64,000 nt of DNA, taken from contig JBHGNT010000017.1 of assembly GCA_043228905.1 (NCBI GenBank), positions 7,130,001 to 7,194,000 on the forward strand. The letters are read 5' to 3'. The position numbers and the translations under genes were made by a program. This DNA is from Azolla caroliniana (taxonomy: Eukaryota > Plantae > Polypodiophyta). Positions 25,001 through 37,704 of this stretch are shown here, piece by piece; the first letter of the stretch is position 1, and each line of letters starts with the position of its first letter. Under the pieces are notes generated by a model, which worked only from the letters and a program-made list of their open reading frames with translations, searched no databases and was not told where the DNA came from.

Positions 25001-27522
25001 ATGAAGACAATGAGATTGAAGACAGAGACAAATGTGAAAATGTAGAAGACTGCCACAGATGGAAGCAAGGTTGGACAGCAAAGTCCAACATCAACAGAAT
25101 GTTCTGGACCATCAAAAAGCTCAGATGGTAAATCTGATTCGAATTCTTGTAGTGGAAAATGTGGAGGACACAAAAAATGTGATGATAAAAAAGGAAAACA
25201 GAAAATGCCAGAGTATGAAATGTTGGATGACTTGTCTAAAAACATGGAAGATGAGGATTCAGATGTGTCATTGGATGATCTTCTTGGTATAAGAGGATTG
25301 AAAACCCCTGGTATGGAAAAAGCATTGAAGGATGCAAATCATAAACTGAGAAGATCAGATAGAGAGAAAAAAATTGTTGAAAGATTGGGTTATGATACAT
25401 ATATGGCTATGCATTATGCATATATGTCTAAGGTGGTACAGATCCCTGATCCAAGTAGTTTTGATGAGGCTAAAACTGAGAAGAAATGGGTGGATGCAAT
25501 GCAAGAAGAGATTGATGCATTGGCTGAAAACAGAACATGGGATTTGGTGAAGTTACCAAAAGGAAAAAATGTGGTAGGTTGCAAATGGGTCTACAAGACA
25601 AAGCATGATTCCAGTGGGAATGTAAGTAGACATAAAGCAAGATTGGTTGCAAAGGGATATGCCCAAATGCAAGGAATTGATTATGATGAGACATTTGCAC
25701 CGGTTGCAAAGATGGCAACATTGAGGACATTACTGGCTGTAGGTGCAGCCAGAAGATGGTTTCTTAATCATATGGATGTAAAAAATGCCTTCTTACATGG
25801 TAACTTGGAAGAAGAAGTGTATAAGTGTCAACAACCAGGTTTTGGAGATAGGAAGCATCCAGATTATGTATGTAAGCTGAACAAGGCTCTCTATGGACTG
25901 AAACAGGCACCAAGAGCATGGCACAGAGAACTTTCAGATTATCTGAAAAAACTTGACTTCAAAATGTCAAAGGCTGATTCATCATTGTATGTTAAAAGGA
26001 AAGATGATTGTATTGTTGTGATTCTGATTTATGTTGATGATCTCATCATTGGAGGTGATTTCATGGATGAAATAAGTAAGCTGAAATGAAATTTCATATG
26101 AAAGATTTGGGAGATTTGAGATATTTTTTGGGTATTGAAATCATCAGATCTGAAAATGGTATATGTGTGTTGCAAAGACAATATGCAACAACTATGTTGA
26201 AAAAGTATGGTATGCTCGGATGCAAACCTATTGGAGTACCACTAGGTAAAAACTGCAAATTGAGGGTTGATTTGGGAGCCAAAATAGAAGATGTAAACAT
26301 GTACAGGTCTATGGTGGGCAGCCTTATTTATTTGACCATAACAAGACGTGATTTGAGTTATGCAGTTGGATTAGTCAGCCAATTTATGCAACAGCCAACA
26401 AAGCCGCATTTGGACTGCATTAGAAGAATTCTGAGGTATGTAAAAGCTACTCAGAACTATGGATTGTTTTACAGGGCTGATTTGGACATAAATCTGGAAG
26501 GATATACAGATGTTGATTGGGCTGGAAGCCAAACAGATAGAAGATCCACAAGTGGATATATGTTTACATTGGGAAGTGCAGGTATTTCATGGAGTAGCAA
26601 GAAACAAGCTATTGTTGCATTGTCTAGTACTAAAGCTGAGTACAAAGGAGCTGCCATAGCCACTTGTGAAGAGGTATGGATCAGAAGATTGCTTGCTGAT
26701 TTGGGAGAGTATATAGATGGTACTGTCACAATTTGGTGTGACAACATGAGCAGCATTCAGCTTGCAAAGAACCCAGTGTTCCGTGCAAGAACAAAGCACA
26801 TTGAAGTGCATTATCACTTTGTTAGAGAAAAAGTGATTGAAGGAGAAGTTGATCTGGTGTATGTGAATACAAATCAGCAGGTTGCTGATATTCTCACAAA
26901 GGGTTTAAGTGTGGAAAAGCATACACAGTTTCGGAACATGATGGGAGTTGTAGACACCGATATGATGGCTGAAAAGCATCATGGAAAAGAAGTTGTAGAT
27001 AACCCCAAGAAAGGATAAGTTGAGCTTGAGGGGGAGTGTTGAGAAGCAAGCTCAACATGGTATGTGATGCTTATTGGGAAATAAGCTATAGTAGCTATTT
27101 AGCTACTTGTGAACATAAAGGAGAAATAGCTAATTAGCTACTGACAGCTAATTAGCTACTGACAGCTATTTAGCGACTGACAGCTAACTAGCTACAGGCA
27201 GCTAATTAGCTGCATACGTAAGTAACTTATTACTTAGGTAGAAAGTAAGAGAGTAGGTAAGTAAGACAATATACAGGAAGTAGAACTCTGAGAGAGAGTG
27301 TGAGGATAGAGTGAAAGAACTCAAAGAGTGAGAGCAGAAGAGAGAAACAGACGAGAGCAAGTAGAGCTCTGCGGGTAATGAAATAGAAGAAGTTTTGGTT
27401 GCTACAGAGGTAAGTCTCCTTCCCCCTTCCCTTCTGTGTTTGAGCACTAAACGATCTAGCACACCACGATCCGCCGCGCACATAAGAAGAGCCCGAGTGC
27501 CTTCTTTCACGTTTTCTTAACA
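22066..27522 (+). mobile_element. Full-length AT-rich Ty1/copia element 'C'
   Basis: LTRs 22066-22589 and 27037-27522; TSD GAAAG (22061-22065, 27523-27527); PBS TGGTATCAGAGC 22590-22601; PPT GAGGGGGAG. Confidence 0.97.
22729..27018 (+). pseudogene. gag-pol of C, with stops and frameshifts
   Basis: CWYCGKPGHTQAEC, CVDSGAS, VHTDIWGP, RSDGG, YVDD and YTDVDWAG; stops at 24580 and 24883; frameshifts at ~25060 and ~26087. Confidence 0.93.
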
Positions 27523-28564
27523 GAAAGGAAGCTAGTGTTGCTTCCCATTTGGTAGGCTTCACAAACTTGGGCCTTCCAGGCACTAAACTTCGGCAAGCCG
27601 AACACAATTTCTTTTGCTTGCAATTCTTGAAGCCTTTGACGTGGCCAACCTGCTTATGCCACAAGTTGATATCCGATTCGACTTTTGGTCCTTTGGCGAA
27701 CATTGTGGAGCCAACGTCGTTCGTGTCGAAGATGAACATCCTCTCTTCTCATCACCCTTGTGCGATGATTTGTCCTTCTTCTTCAATGAACTAGCCAAGG
27801 TGGGTGAACCGAACCTGCATTCCTTGGTCGACAATCTATCCGATAGACACCAAATTCTTGGTGATTGTCGGAACTTGCAGGACATTCATCAGTCTCCCCT
27901 TCTGACCTACTTGGCTCAAGGGGATGTCTCTGACATGCTCGATGGGATGTGAAGAGTCATTACTGGTTTCGACGAGGTTGTTCCAGTTTCTCAAGGTATG
28001 AGAACCACTCTTCGTGGCTCTTCATGTGATTTGAAGCCCTGGAATCAGCATACCACACCTCGATGTCGTGATGTGGCGTGTTTAATGCGAGAAAAAGTGA
28101 GAAATTGAGCACACAGGATGCAAGGTAGAATGAAGACTCTACTTGCTCCTTGTTCCCAAACCAAAAAATCCTTGTGTGTCGATCTGGTGCCACTTCGTTT
28201 TCTCCCTGGATGTAACTCCAGTAGCCAAACCTAAGCAAGTACTGGTGCATCTTGTATTCCCAAGACACGTAGTTGCTTCTGTCCAACTTTTCTGTCAGAA
28301 GAGCACCACCCATTCCCATGTTTTTGTTCTTTCTTTTCTGTGTCAGCAAGTTATGTCGACTACGGAGGATGCTTTTCAACCCGCACACTGTGATACCATG
28401 TAAAAAGTTAAATGTGGAAGCTTATGAACCGACAGTCAATCAGTTATCTGGGAATTGTATAGACTAGTTCGTTAACAAACAACACAAAGAAAGAGAGAGA
28501 GACTAGGTGAGAGCTGACTACAGAAATAATTCTGTTACAAAACCAAAAGGCTCACTCTCAATAT

Positions 28565-28787
28565 TGTTAAGAAAATGGGACTTCGGCCACAACCGATGTT
28601 CAAACACAAGATGAAAAACAGAATATTAGACACAAGATATTAATGTGGAAAACCCTGTAATGGGAAAAACCACAGGGGTTCTCAGACTCCGAACAAAATT
28701 ACTATGGTACGAGAGGAATACAACAAGAGACTCCAAGGCAACAACCTTGAGCTCTTCCTCGTTAGACAACGGTTACAATAGAGAAAA

Positions 28788-28886
<99 letters not shown>

Positions 28887-29155
28887 TAGTTATTGAGGCA
28901 ACAACCAATAGCAACGCACACAACAACATTTTCCCTAGTTGTATTCATACTAATACAACTTTAGGGCTATTTATAATTTTGACCCAAATAGGCACGACAA
29001 AACCTATTTACGAAATTGGCCTTCTTTCAAATGCCTCTCCAGATCCGATCTCGATCCAGATGCGGATCTAGACTTTCTTTTTCCATGGATCCAATTGATC
29101 CGGCTCATGCTCTATTTCCCATCCAGAGGGACCTATTTCCCATCCAGAGGGACCT
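28565..29155 (-). mobile_element. Truncated solo LTR (B/E-related) inside the LTR of G
   Basis: TGTTAA left end; GTGGAAAACCCT...GGGAAAAACCAC motif; (CT)n 28791-28884; right terminus and TSD missing. Confidence 0.72.
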
Positions 29156-29322
29156 AAGTGCACTTTATATATACATGCCCATCTATCAGGGTTGTTATGA
29201 AGTATTGACATGTATGTACTTCAATGTTCTTAAAAGGACATCTGGCACTAATTGCCTATGTTGGACCTATTTAATATAATAGGTCTACTCATCACGTGTC
29301 ACATTCCGGACGGCTTTCGCAA

Positions 29323-30106
29323 TCGGGGTAGTTGTGGTTCATGCGGCGAAGTCACGGGGACAAAGGTTAAAGGGAGTTGGCTAAATTTTAATAAGGCTTG
29401 TGAAACAATGTTAAAAAATAAGGATAGGAAGAAGAAGAGTTTTACAAGTACTGTGCAAGAGAGAGACGAGCATAGATAAAAGATAGAGACAATGTATTAT
29501 TTAAGAAGCAAGAGTATACGATATGAACATGATTTATATTAAGAATATAAGATTTTACCAACTTTACAATGCTTGATCACAAGATGAAACTTTTCTCTAC
29601 CAAAGTCCGGCTTGAACCCTCGACTTAAGTGTTGAGAGATAATAAACTTCCCCAAATGAGCTAGCTTGTTTGTTTGACTATATTATTTTCTAACCTTCTC
29701 TTGATTTGTTCTTTTCCTTCCACTCTTTTTATTGTGATGCATGATCGCCATTTGGTACATGCATTACATGTGATGCATGATAGATATCTCACTCGTTTGA
29801 GCTCTCCTGTATGAAAATAGTCAAGTACAATGATGGAAAGATAACTTTATAAATGAATGACCTAGTCTAGTGGTATGTGCTTTGTACTTGGTATGTAAGG
29901 TTGTGGGTTCAAGTCTCTCAAAAGTTACTCAATACAATATTTGAATTTATTTTTATATCCTTTATGACATTGTAAGAACTAATAACTTAGCCTAGTGGTA
30001 TGTACTTCATACTTGGTGTGTGAGGTTATTGATTCAAGTTTTTAAAACATTACTGAATACAATATTTAAGTTCATTTTTATATCGTGAAGCACATCCTTC
30101 ACGACA
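29323..30106 (-). mobile_element. ~780-bp solo-LTR-like insertion carrying tRNA-like modules
   Basis: Interrupts the G LTR between imperfect duplicates TCGCAA/CCGCAA; minus strand starts TGTCGTGAAG with a hairpin; internal 125-bp tandem repeat. Confidence 0.6.
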
Positions 30107-30310
30107 CCGCAACCACTCCGTCATCTGGATCCGATATCCAATTCGTCATCCGGATCCGGTATCCGGCTTCTTCAGTTAGTCCAACATCCGGTCCAGAACC
30201 CTGTTCAGAACTTGGCTTATCAACCTAAGTGGGTCAAGCCGACCGGATCAATTCCGGTCTAGCCTACCTACTTATCCAGCCCATGTTGAGCTTGCTCGCT
30301 CTACAAGGAG

Positions 30311-30791
30311 TGTTGAGTGAACAACCTCAACATGGGCCGAACTGGTTGGACAAGGCCGCAGGCTGGGACGGCTGGCCTGGACCACTTAGGCTGATAAGCC
30401 TAAGCTCCGAACTAGGTTCCAGACTAGCTAAAGAAGCCGAATGACGGAGCAACTGTGGAAGCCGATCCGGAACGTCACACATGCCGATAAGGCCTATTTT
30501 AATAAATAGGTCTAATATAGGCAATTAGTGTTAGAGGCTCTTTTAAGAGCATTGAAGTATATGCCAATACCTCATCAATCATGTCAGATGGGCTTGTGTA
30601 TATAAAGTGCATTTGAGAACTATTGTTTGTACTAAGAAAAACTAAGTTCAGTTTGGTAATAGAATTTACTGTTGTCTGCTCCACTTAGTCTCTCCATCTC
30701 TTTTTCTCACCTTTGTGTATATCTAACTATTGTGCTCCGGACAACGGACTATCTATGTCTTTCACATACACTTCCGCACATACTTTTTACA
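30311..30791 (+). repeat. Copia LTR (A/G-related), probably an orphaned 3' LTR
   Basis: TGTTGAG...TTTTACA; preceded by the PPT remnant AGGAG; inverted homolog of the G LTR. Confidence 0.8.
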
Positions 30792-30799
30792 AAACCAAC

Positions 30800-31710
30800 A
30801 TGATGTTGAAATGGAATTGGAGGAAGAACAAGCCTCTTCTAAGCACACAAGAACAATTCCTAAATGGTTAATTAACTCTAACCCAGTTAACTAATCAGCA
30901 AGCCGAAGTGCATTATGTGGATCATGCTCTGATCGTTGAATTTTATGATGAGGAACCACTCTCTCTTAAGGATGCATTAGCACATGACCATTGGGTTGAA
31001 GCCATGATTTCAGAACTTTAGTCCATCTACAAGAACAATACTTGGGAGTTATGTGATCTACCTAAAGGTAGAAAAACAAATGGATTTACAAAATCAAGCA
31101 TAATGCAGATGCTAGCATTGATCGTTTTAAAGCAAGACTTAGTAGCAAAAGGCTATTCACAAAAAGAGGGGATAGACTGTGAAGAACCCTTCACCCCACT
31201 TCAAGGATGACTACAATCGGAGCTACAGTTGTCGCAACCACAATTAAAGGATGGAAGGTTCACCAATTAGACATTAGAATCATCTCCTTGAATGGAGATT
31301 TAGAAGAAGAGGTTTATGTAATTCAACATTCAAGTTTTATCATTAAAGGTGCATAAACTAAAGTTTGCATGTTACTTAAAGCTTTCTATGGCTTGAAGCA
31401 AGCACCTCAAGCATAGAATGCAAAGATACATGCCCATGTTCTTCAACTCGGTTTTGTGAACAACCCAATCGGAAGCACTCTCTATGTCTGAAAGGATGGA
31501 AACAAATTACTAATTGTTGTGCTTTAAGTTGATGATTTGCTAATCAAAGGACTTGATGAGCAAGAAATTGCATATTTCGAAGCATTTGAACTTACAGATC
31601 TTGGTCATCCACTACTACCTCAACATTCAATTTATTACCGTTGAGGGAGGCATTTTTCTTAGTCAACGAAAGTACATCGAGAAGCTCCTACAACGATTCA
31701 GATTTGAGGA
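30800..31710 (+). pseudogene. Highly decayed copia RT fragment
   Basis: Recognisable WVEAMISEL, NNTWELCDLP, RFKARL, FYGLKQAP and (Y)VDDLL across stops and frameshifts. Confidence 0.8.
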
Positions 31711-34700
31711 GTTATTATGGGGTTTAGATTTGAGAGATTCTTGCCATTCTTTCTCTTCTCATCCTTTCTTATTCATGTTGAAATGAGATGTAGATTTTGT
31801 AGAGTTATTATTTGGTATGGACATATTTAGGTGTAGATTTAGTTTTCCTCATTGTAAGTTGAGCAAGATGATTATCATCATTGTCATTAATAGGGCATAA
31901 TACAACTTCATACATCGAAGGTGATGATTACATGCATTGATTTGTGTTGTGTTGATGAATTGACAATTGCAATCATGTGAATACTTCTAATCCCCTTCTT
32001 GAAATATTGCTGAAGTGTTCAATAAACAAATAAGTTACATGTAAAGTTTAGCACTTTCAGCAAGCAAACTATATCAATATGAAAGTCACAAGTAGTGTTC
32101 AGAGATACAATTTTGGAGAGTGTGAGTGTGAGGTTTTGGCAATATGACATTCACGAGTACCAATTGAATTGTAGTTTTTAGAGAGTATGAGTATAGTTAT
32201 GATTAGAGAGAGGGTTGTGGAACTTGCAAGTTGAGCATTATGCCAAAAGAGAGATTATCATTAATATAAAGAGTATTTCCATATGATTCAATATATTATT
32301 TCTTGATGTTGCAGTTTAAAGACTATAAACTCTTTCTTTGAGGCTCTTACAAATATATCCAAGGTCTATCAAGCCTAATTATCTTCTTGTATTTTATAGA
32401 GCACATTGTTGTAAGTGTTTGTTCGTCTTCAACACTATCTCGTGTAGTGACTTCAATGCAATATCAACAAGTTAGGCATGTGATTTCAAGGAAGAAAAAT
32501 GTTTGCCAAACTACATCTTTATAACGGGATAACATTGTCCACAAAGTAGAACAAGTGGACAAGTTGAGGACAAGTATTCGGTAATTGTTGTTGATCTATT
32601 GGAGGAAAAAAACAAGAGTTCATGGGGTGTGTAACTTCCAAGTTTGCTAGTCCTATTGTTGGGTAAAGTTTGGCCTAATTCATCCATGGCACTCTAAAAA
32701 TTGTCCTACATTATATATTGCATGTGGAAGAAAATATAAGTGTGTGCACATAATCAAAAAGTATAACAGATTATGAACACCTCCAAAAATATATTTATCC
32801 ATATTGACGCTAACAACGAGATATAGAAACAACTCGTGTAGAATGTTGAAGCCAAGGGAAACATCAAAACATGTGAACACAATGCTATTACTAAGAGCAA
32901 CAAAATATACTCATTGACCATCCATAAAGGTTCATGTTGAAGTGAAGCAAAAGATTCCTACAGGAATTTGCGATGTTGTTACCAACGTTGGAGTTTACCT
33001 ACCCCTCACAAGCTTCAAGGCCTTCATTCTCATAGTACTTACATAAGCTTCGAGAAATGCATTTGATAAGAACAGAAAATCAAGCAAAATTCTCTCAACT
33101 TTATTGTCCATGGAAGTGAATCCTCTCCCACTCATCATGATTGTGACATTATTCTCATTCTTAAAATGGTGACCATACCTATGATAAAATATCTATTTTC
33201 TCATTGACACTATTGTCCTTTCAAATTTTGAACCCAATATATCTAACCTCGTAATGTATTTGAATGAAGTTACAACTTATAACTTTTGACTAAGCAAAGT
33301 CTTATTCGTAAATTCAAAGAAGACTATACTTTATAACAATATAAAAAATAAGTATAGCTAAATTAAAATTTATACTTGTATTTAAATATGCATAATTCTT
33401 TTACATCATTCATGTTTTCAAAAGAGATTTTCATACTCTATCCAATCTATCCTTCTTGTTGGGTTGCAACTTAGGAAATAAAAAACATTTACATGCCATG
33501 TGGTGCTTTTGAAGTCCTTGGGTGGGTGAATAATTGTGAAATCTAATGGTTTTTACATCACCCTTGTCGAATCCATGCTAATATACCTTCAATAGCTAGT
33601 GGTCTTCTTGGTTGGTTTCAAACAATGAGACATTCATATTTGATCAATTTTTTATTGCATTTATAGATGTTGTGGACGTCAAATCACTAGCTCCTCTATT
33701 GAAAAATAGAATGTGAAACCTTGCTCATTTATACATTATACTGCTACAAAACCCTTGTGTATGTGTACGTATCAAGTTCTTCTTGTAAGTCGACACCTAG
33801 TTGAAGAACTACTTTTACATCAAAAGAACATCATTACTAATTTATTGAGCAAAGAAACTTTACCATGAAGTTGTGTAACTTTAATTTGTAAAGTATTAAA
33901 AAAAATTATACAATCTTTGGGGATCGGAAAACATTGGAAGTAGATATTATCATATCTTGTTGATGCCTAGTATAATTAGCAATAATGAGAACAAATATTA
34001 GGTTGTAGCCAATAGGAACATTGAAGAGACCGGAAGGATTATCCACACAAATTTACAGTTGTCTTACCATTGGTTTTCTTTCTCGAGATTGTGACTAAAA
34101 CCCTTTACAAGATTTCTTCTCCAAATATTTATAATAGTTTTTGATCCATGAAGCCCATTAAAAAAGAGAGATGCCAATGAATATTTGCACATTCATTGTT
34201 GACCTCCATTAGATGATTTGTTTATTGAGTGCAAGCTAGACTATTAGAAAATAGAAAAACGTGTTTGAAATATTTGGTAGGGTTAAATTCTTGTGCAATG
34301 CTAGTTAGAACTTAAACAATTCACAAAAGATGAGTGAGTATACATGAGAATGTTTCATTAAGTTAACTTAAAAAGATGTTGAAAAAACAAGAGGTAAGTC
34401 TCTGAATATGTGAAATTTGTCTTATTGTGAAAAGAATGTTTGGTATGAGTGCGTCTTCTTCAATAATAACCAATATTGCAATGCATAAGAATAACAATAT
34501 GAGTTAGGTGTGCAAGAGAAAGTAACTATAAATGGGAGATTTTGCCGAAGCATGTTGAAGAGAAGTTATGTGAAATACAAGGCATTAATATGTTATGTGT
34601 CGAGTGAAAGCCAAACAAGTTGTGGACAATATCCAAATGTAAGGACAAAGTTATCTAGAAGGTGACAAATATATTAGATGGTTCAGAGTTTACTTGGTGT

Positions 34701-37700
34701 CATGTTATAATAATGTAGTTTACAAACCCATGATATTGTCATTGTACCCAAATTTTTTGTAGGTTATTGTTGTGAGTGTGATTATGAACACCACTATGAT
34801 TATCCTAGCTATTACCTATCATTGTTCAACTATTTCTTCCTTTACTCAACAAGAAAAGAAAAGGAATGAATTATTGTTGATACTATTGTCATCCTTTTTG
34901 AGCCATTGTATTCAATATGATCCATGTTGTCACTCATCATCATTGACGTCATCATACTATTGGTTGACATAGTTTCATTGCCATTTTTGCTTGATTTCTC
35001 TCTCTCTCCAATACATTGCTATAGTCCTTTTTCCTTGCATTCATACAATTATTTTTGTCATGAAACCTTTGATAAAGAGTGATTCAAAGAACCCCCTAGT
35101 TTCCCTAGAATTTCAAATTATGTACAAGTTTGAATTGAACATATAGGAGTTGAATCTTTAACAACCATTGGCTTTAAGGATAGAGTGAACCTAAAACATG
35201 CTTTGTTGAACAAGAGTTGCCAACATGTTACTACTTTTATCAAGACACTTGTTGCTAAGCAACGAGATTAGTTTCTAAACCCTCAATCCAAATAAGGTAA
35301 TGCTTAGAAAGCTCGTTATGACCAACTCAACTTGGAGGTGAACATGCCATAAAGGAGGATTAAATGTCTAGTTTTATTATGAGCCTTGGTGCTTGGGGTT
35401 GATCTTTCAAGGGTACGGCGGGTAGGAATTATAAATAATATCAAGTTCATATGGTTGTTACAACCATCACAAATTCCCAATGTCACGTGGGAAAGCTCTC
35501 CAATGGATCACATTGTCTATTTGACTAACCCCAGTACGGTTTTAAATGGGTTTGCTTCTTACCAATGTACTTGTTTATACGATGAACTTGGTTATCATGA
35601 ATGTTCTAAAAATACAAAAGAAAGGGGCATACTTGATTATATGATGAATGGTTAAAAAAATACAAATGAAGGGAAAGAGAGGAGAAACACTTGGGACATA
35701 ACGATAAAGTTTTTTTTGCTACATATATGCATATTATTGCATGAACTCTTCTATATGGGGTCTTTTACACTTTTTTAAAGTTCCAACATTGCAACAAATG
35801 TGGAGATAATCTTACCGCAATCAAAAGTTTACTTGTGGTTTTTGGTAGGGAATATTCAAACTATTGAAGACGACACTTAACCCTAAACTTTGAGATTAGT
35901 AAGGCAAGTAAACTTGTTTGCACGTTGTGTGGGCCATTTCACATTTCTTAAGACAATTGGGGACGTGGCCCTAAATATGGATTTACCTTGGTAGAAGTGT
36001 TTCCACGATGACGTTGATATTTTTTTTTTAATAGCATTGATATATCTTTGTCACTCTTCCACCATGAGTGCTTGCAACATGCTTTCAATATAAAAATGAG
36101 ACTTTGTCCTCGACCCTTTCAAATGCTCTATTGCTCCACGTTTTGTCTTGTTCACACCTCCAAGTGATGCAAGGTTACAACTTGCCCCTAACACTTTTCT
36201 TGTCACAAGCTAGATTAATCTTAACCCACGATTTCAACTTGATTCTATATTTTAGTACGAATGTTCCATGTCATATCTTCAATGCTTCAAGATCATGCTT
36301 GGCCATAAACTCTTTCTCATCACAAGTTGGGGCAAGCAAGGATTTCTAATTCACTCCAACTTCTAGTAGGAACACCAAACTTGGCACTAGGCCCTTTCAA
36401 ATCCTATGATGCTCTCACAATCGAGAGGTTTGATATGCTTGTTCCAATACTTTTTGTTTTCTAACTTAGTAATAGGTTCTTTCACATATTTCGGTGTTTT
36501 AGGACTATGCCTAGCCTCAAATCCCTTTTCTTTACAATCTCAAATTTTCTGCTTTGTATGGAGCATTTTGGCCATTCTTATTTTCTCATACATTCAATTC
36601 CTTCACTATATGTGTTTTTTATCATTGTTTATTTTTATATTTTTCTTAGTTTCTCATTGGTATGTGTCATGCTTAGTTGTTCATTGTTTTCCTTGGTTCT
36701 TGGGTATTATTATACCATGCTTATTTGTCTATTTTGTAGTACTCTAGTGTTTTTTTATCATATTATTTCTCCTTTCTCTTCCTTAGTTCCTCATTTTTAC
36801 TTGCACTTGCTTATTCCCCCTTTCCTTAGTTTTTGAATGTTCTTTATCATGATATTTGCCATTTCCTTTCCTTGGTTCTTCAACGTTTTTGTATAGTATT
36901 TCCCATCGCTCTTTCAAACATCCATGAGTTCTAGAATGAGCTCTCTACTTCTAGGTTCGCAAGGGCTAAACTGTCTAGTCAATTTCAACATATTTGTAAA
37001 GAATCAAGTGGGATTCTATGTAGTGGAATAGATTAAGGATTTGTGTTATGTGTGTGTGTGTATAAAGAGGAGAGGAGAGGAGAGAAACACAAGATAGATA
37101 GGTAGGAAAAATGAAATACTCAAGAAGATGTATGTATTATGAAGTGGAGAACAACTACAACATATGAATATGTATTACTGTAAAGAATCGGATATGATTC
37201 TTGTGCAGCGGAAGAGATGTGTGTTATGTGTATGTGTGAAAGAAAATAGATGAGAGAAGAGAAAACACATAATGAATACATGAAAGAATAATGAAGTACT
37301 CAAGAAGAAGGTGTATATTAACAAGGAGAATAGCAAATACAAAATATAGCATTACAAGGAGTCACAACCTACTTAGTATTAAGGAGGCAAAGGGTGCTTT
37401 ATATAAGTCATTGCAACAACTACTCTCTCTTGGGGAATGTGAAGACTCGTAGTCATGGGGAATATGGAACTCATTAGTTATGTGTCATAGAATATGATTC
37501 TATGACACATAGTTAATGTGTAGAGAGTAGTGGTGTGACTTTTGACCTTTGAGTGATCATAGATTCTCAAAGGGTGTGTTCACACATTGCACTAGGTTGA
37601 GCTTGATTCTCAACATGCCCCCTCTTTCGGTTGATGTCCACTTCGGTTTGTATCCAGTTCGGACGATCTTCGGTGTCCGCTTCGGCTCGTACCCGGTTCG

Positions 37701-37704
37701 GACG

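Larger units (their letters stand above)
21498..30305 (-). mobile_element. Old copia 'G' (5' LTR, gag, INT) hosting C, F2 and two insertions in its LTR
   Basis: gag LTEKLDRSNYVSWEYKMHQYL; INT halves rejoin across C; PBS remnant 28391-28398; 5' LTR pieces at 28399-28564, ~29156-29322 and 30107-30305. Confidence 0.78.

Noticed and set aside
29855-29925. Functional tRNA-Pro gene
   Set aside because: Acceptor and anticodon stems do not pair convincingly; it is kept only as tRNA-derived sequence.
29323-30106. Helitron (TC start, subterminal hairpin)
   Set aside because: There is no CTRR end; the flanks show an imperfect duplication, and the hairpin fits the LTR-start pattern better.
36406-36836. 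Hydrophobic ORFs suggesting membrane or env-like proteins
   Set aside because: They are translations of T-rich low-complexity DNA with no signal peptide or conserved motif.
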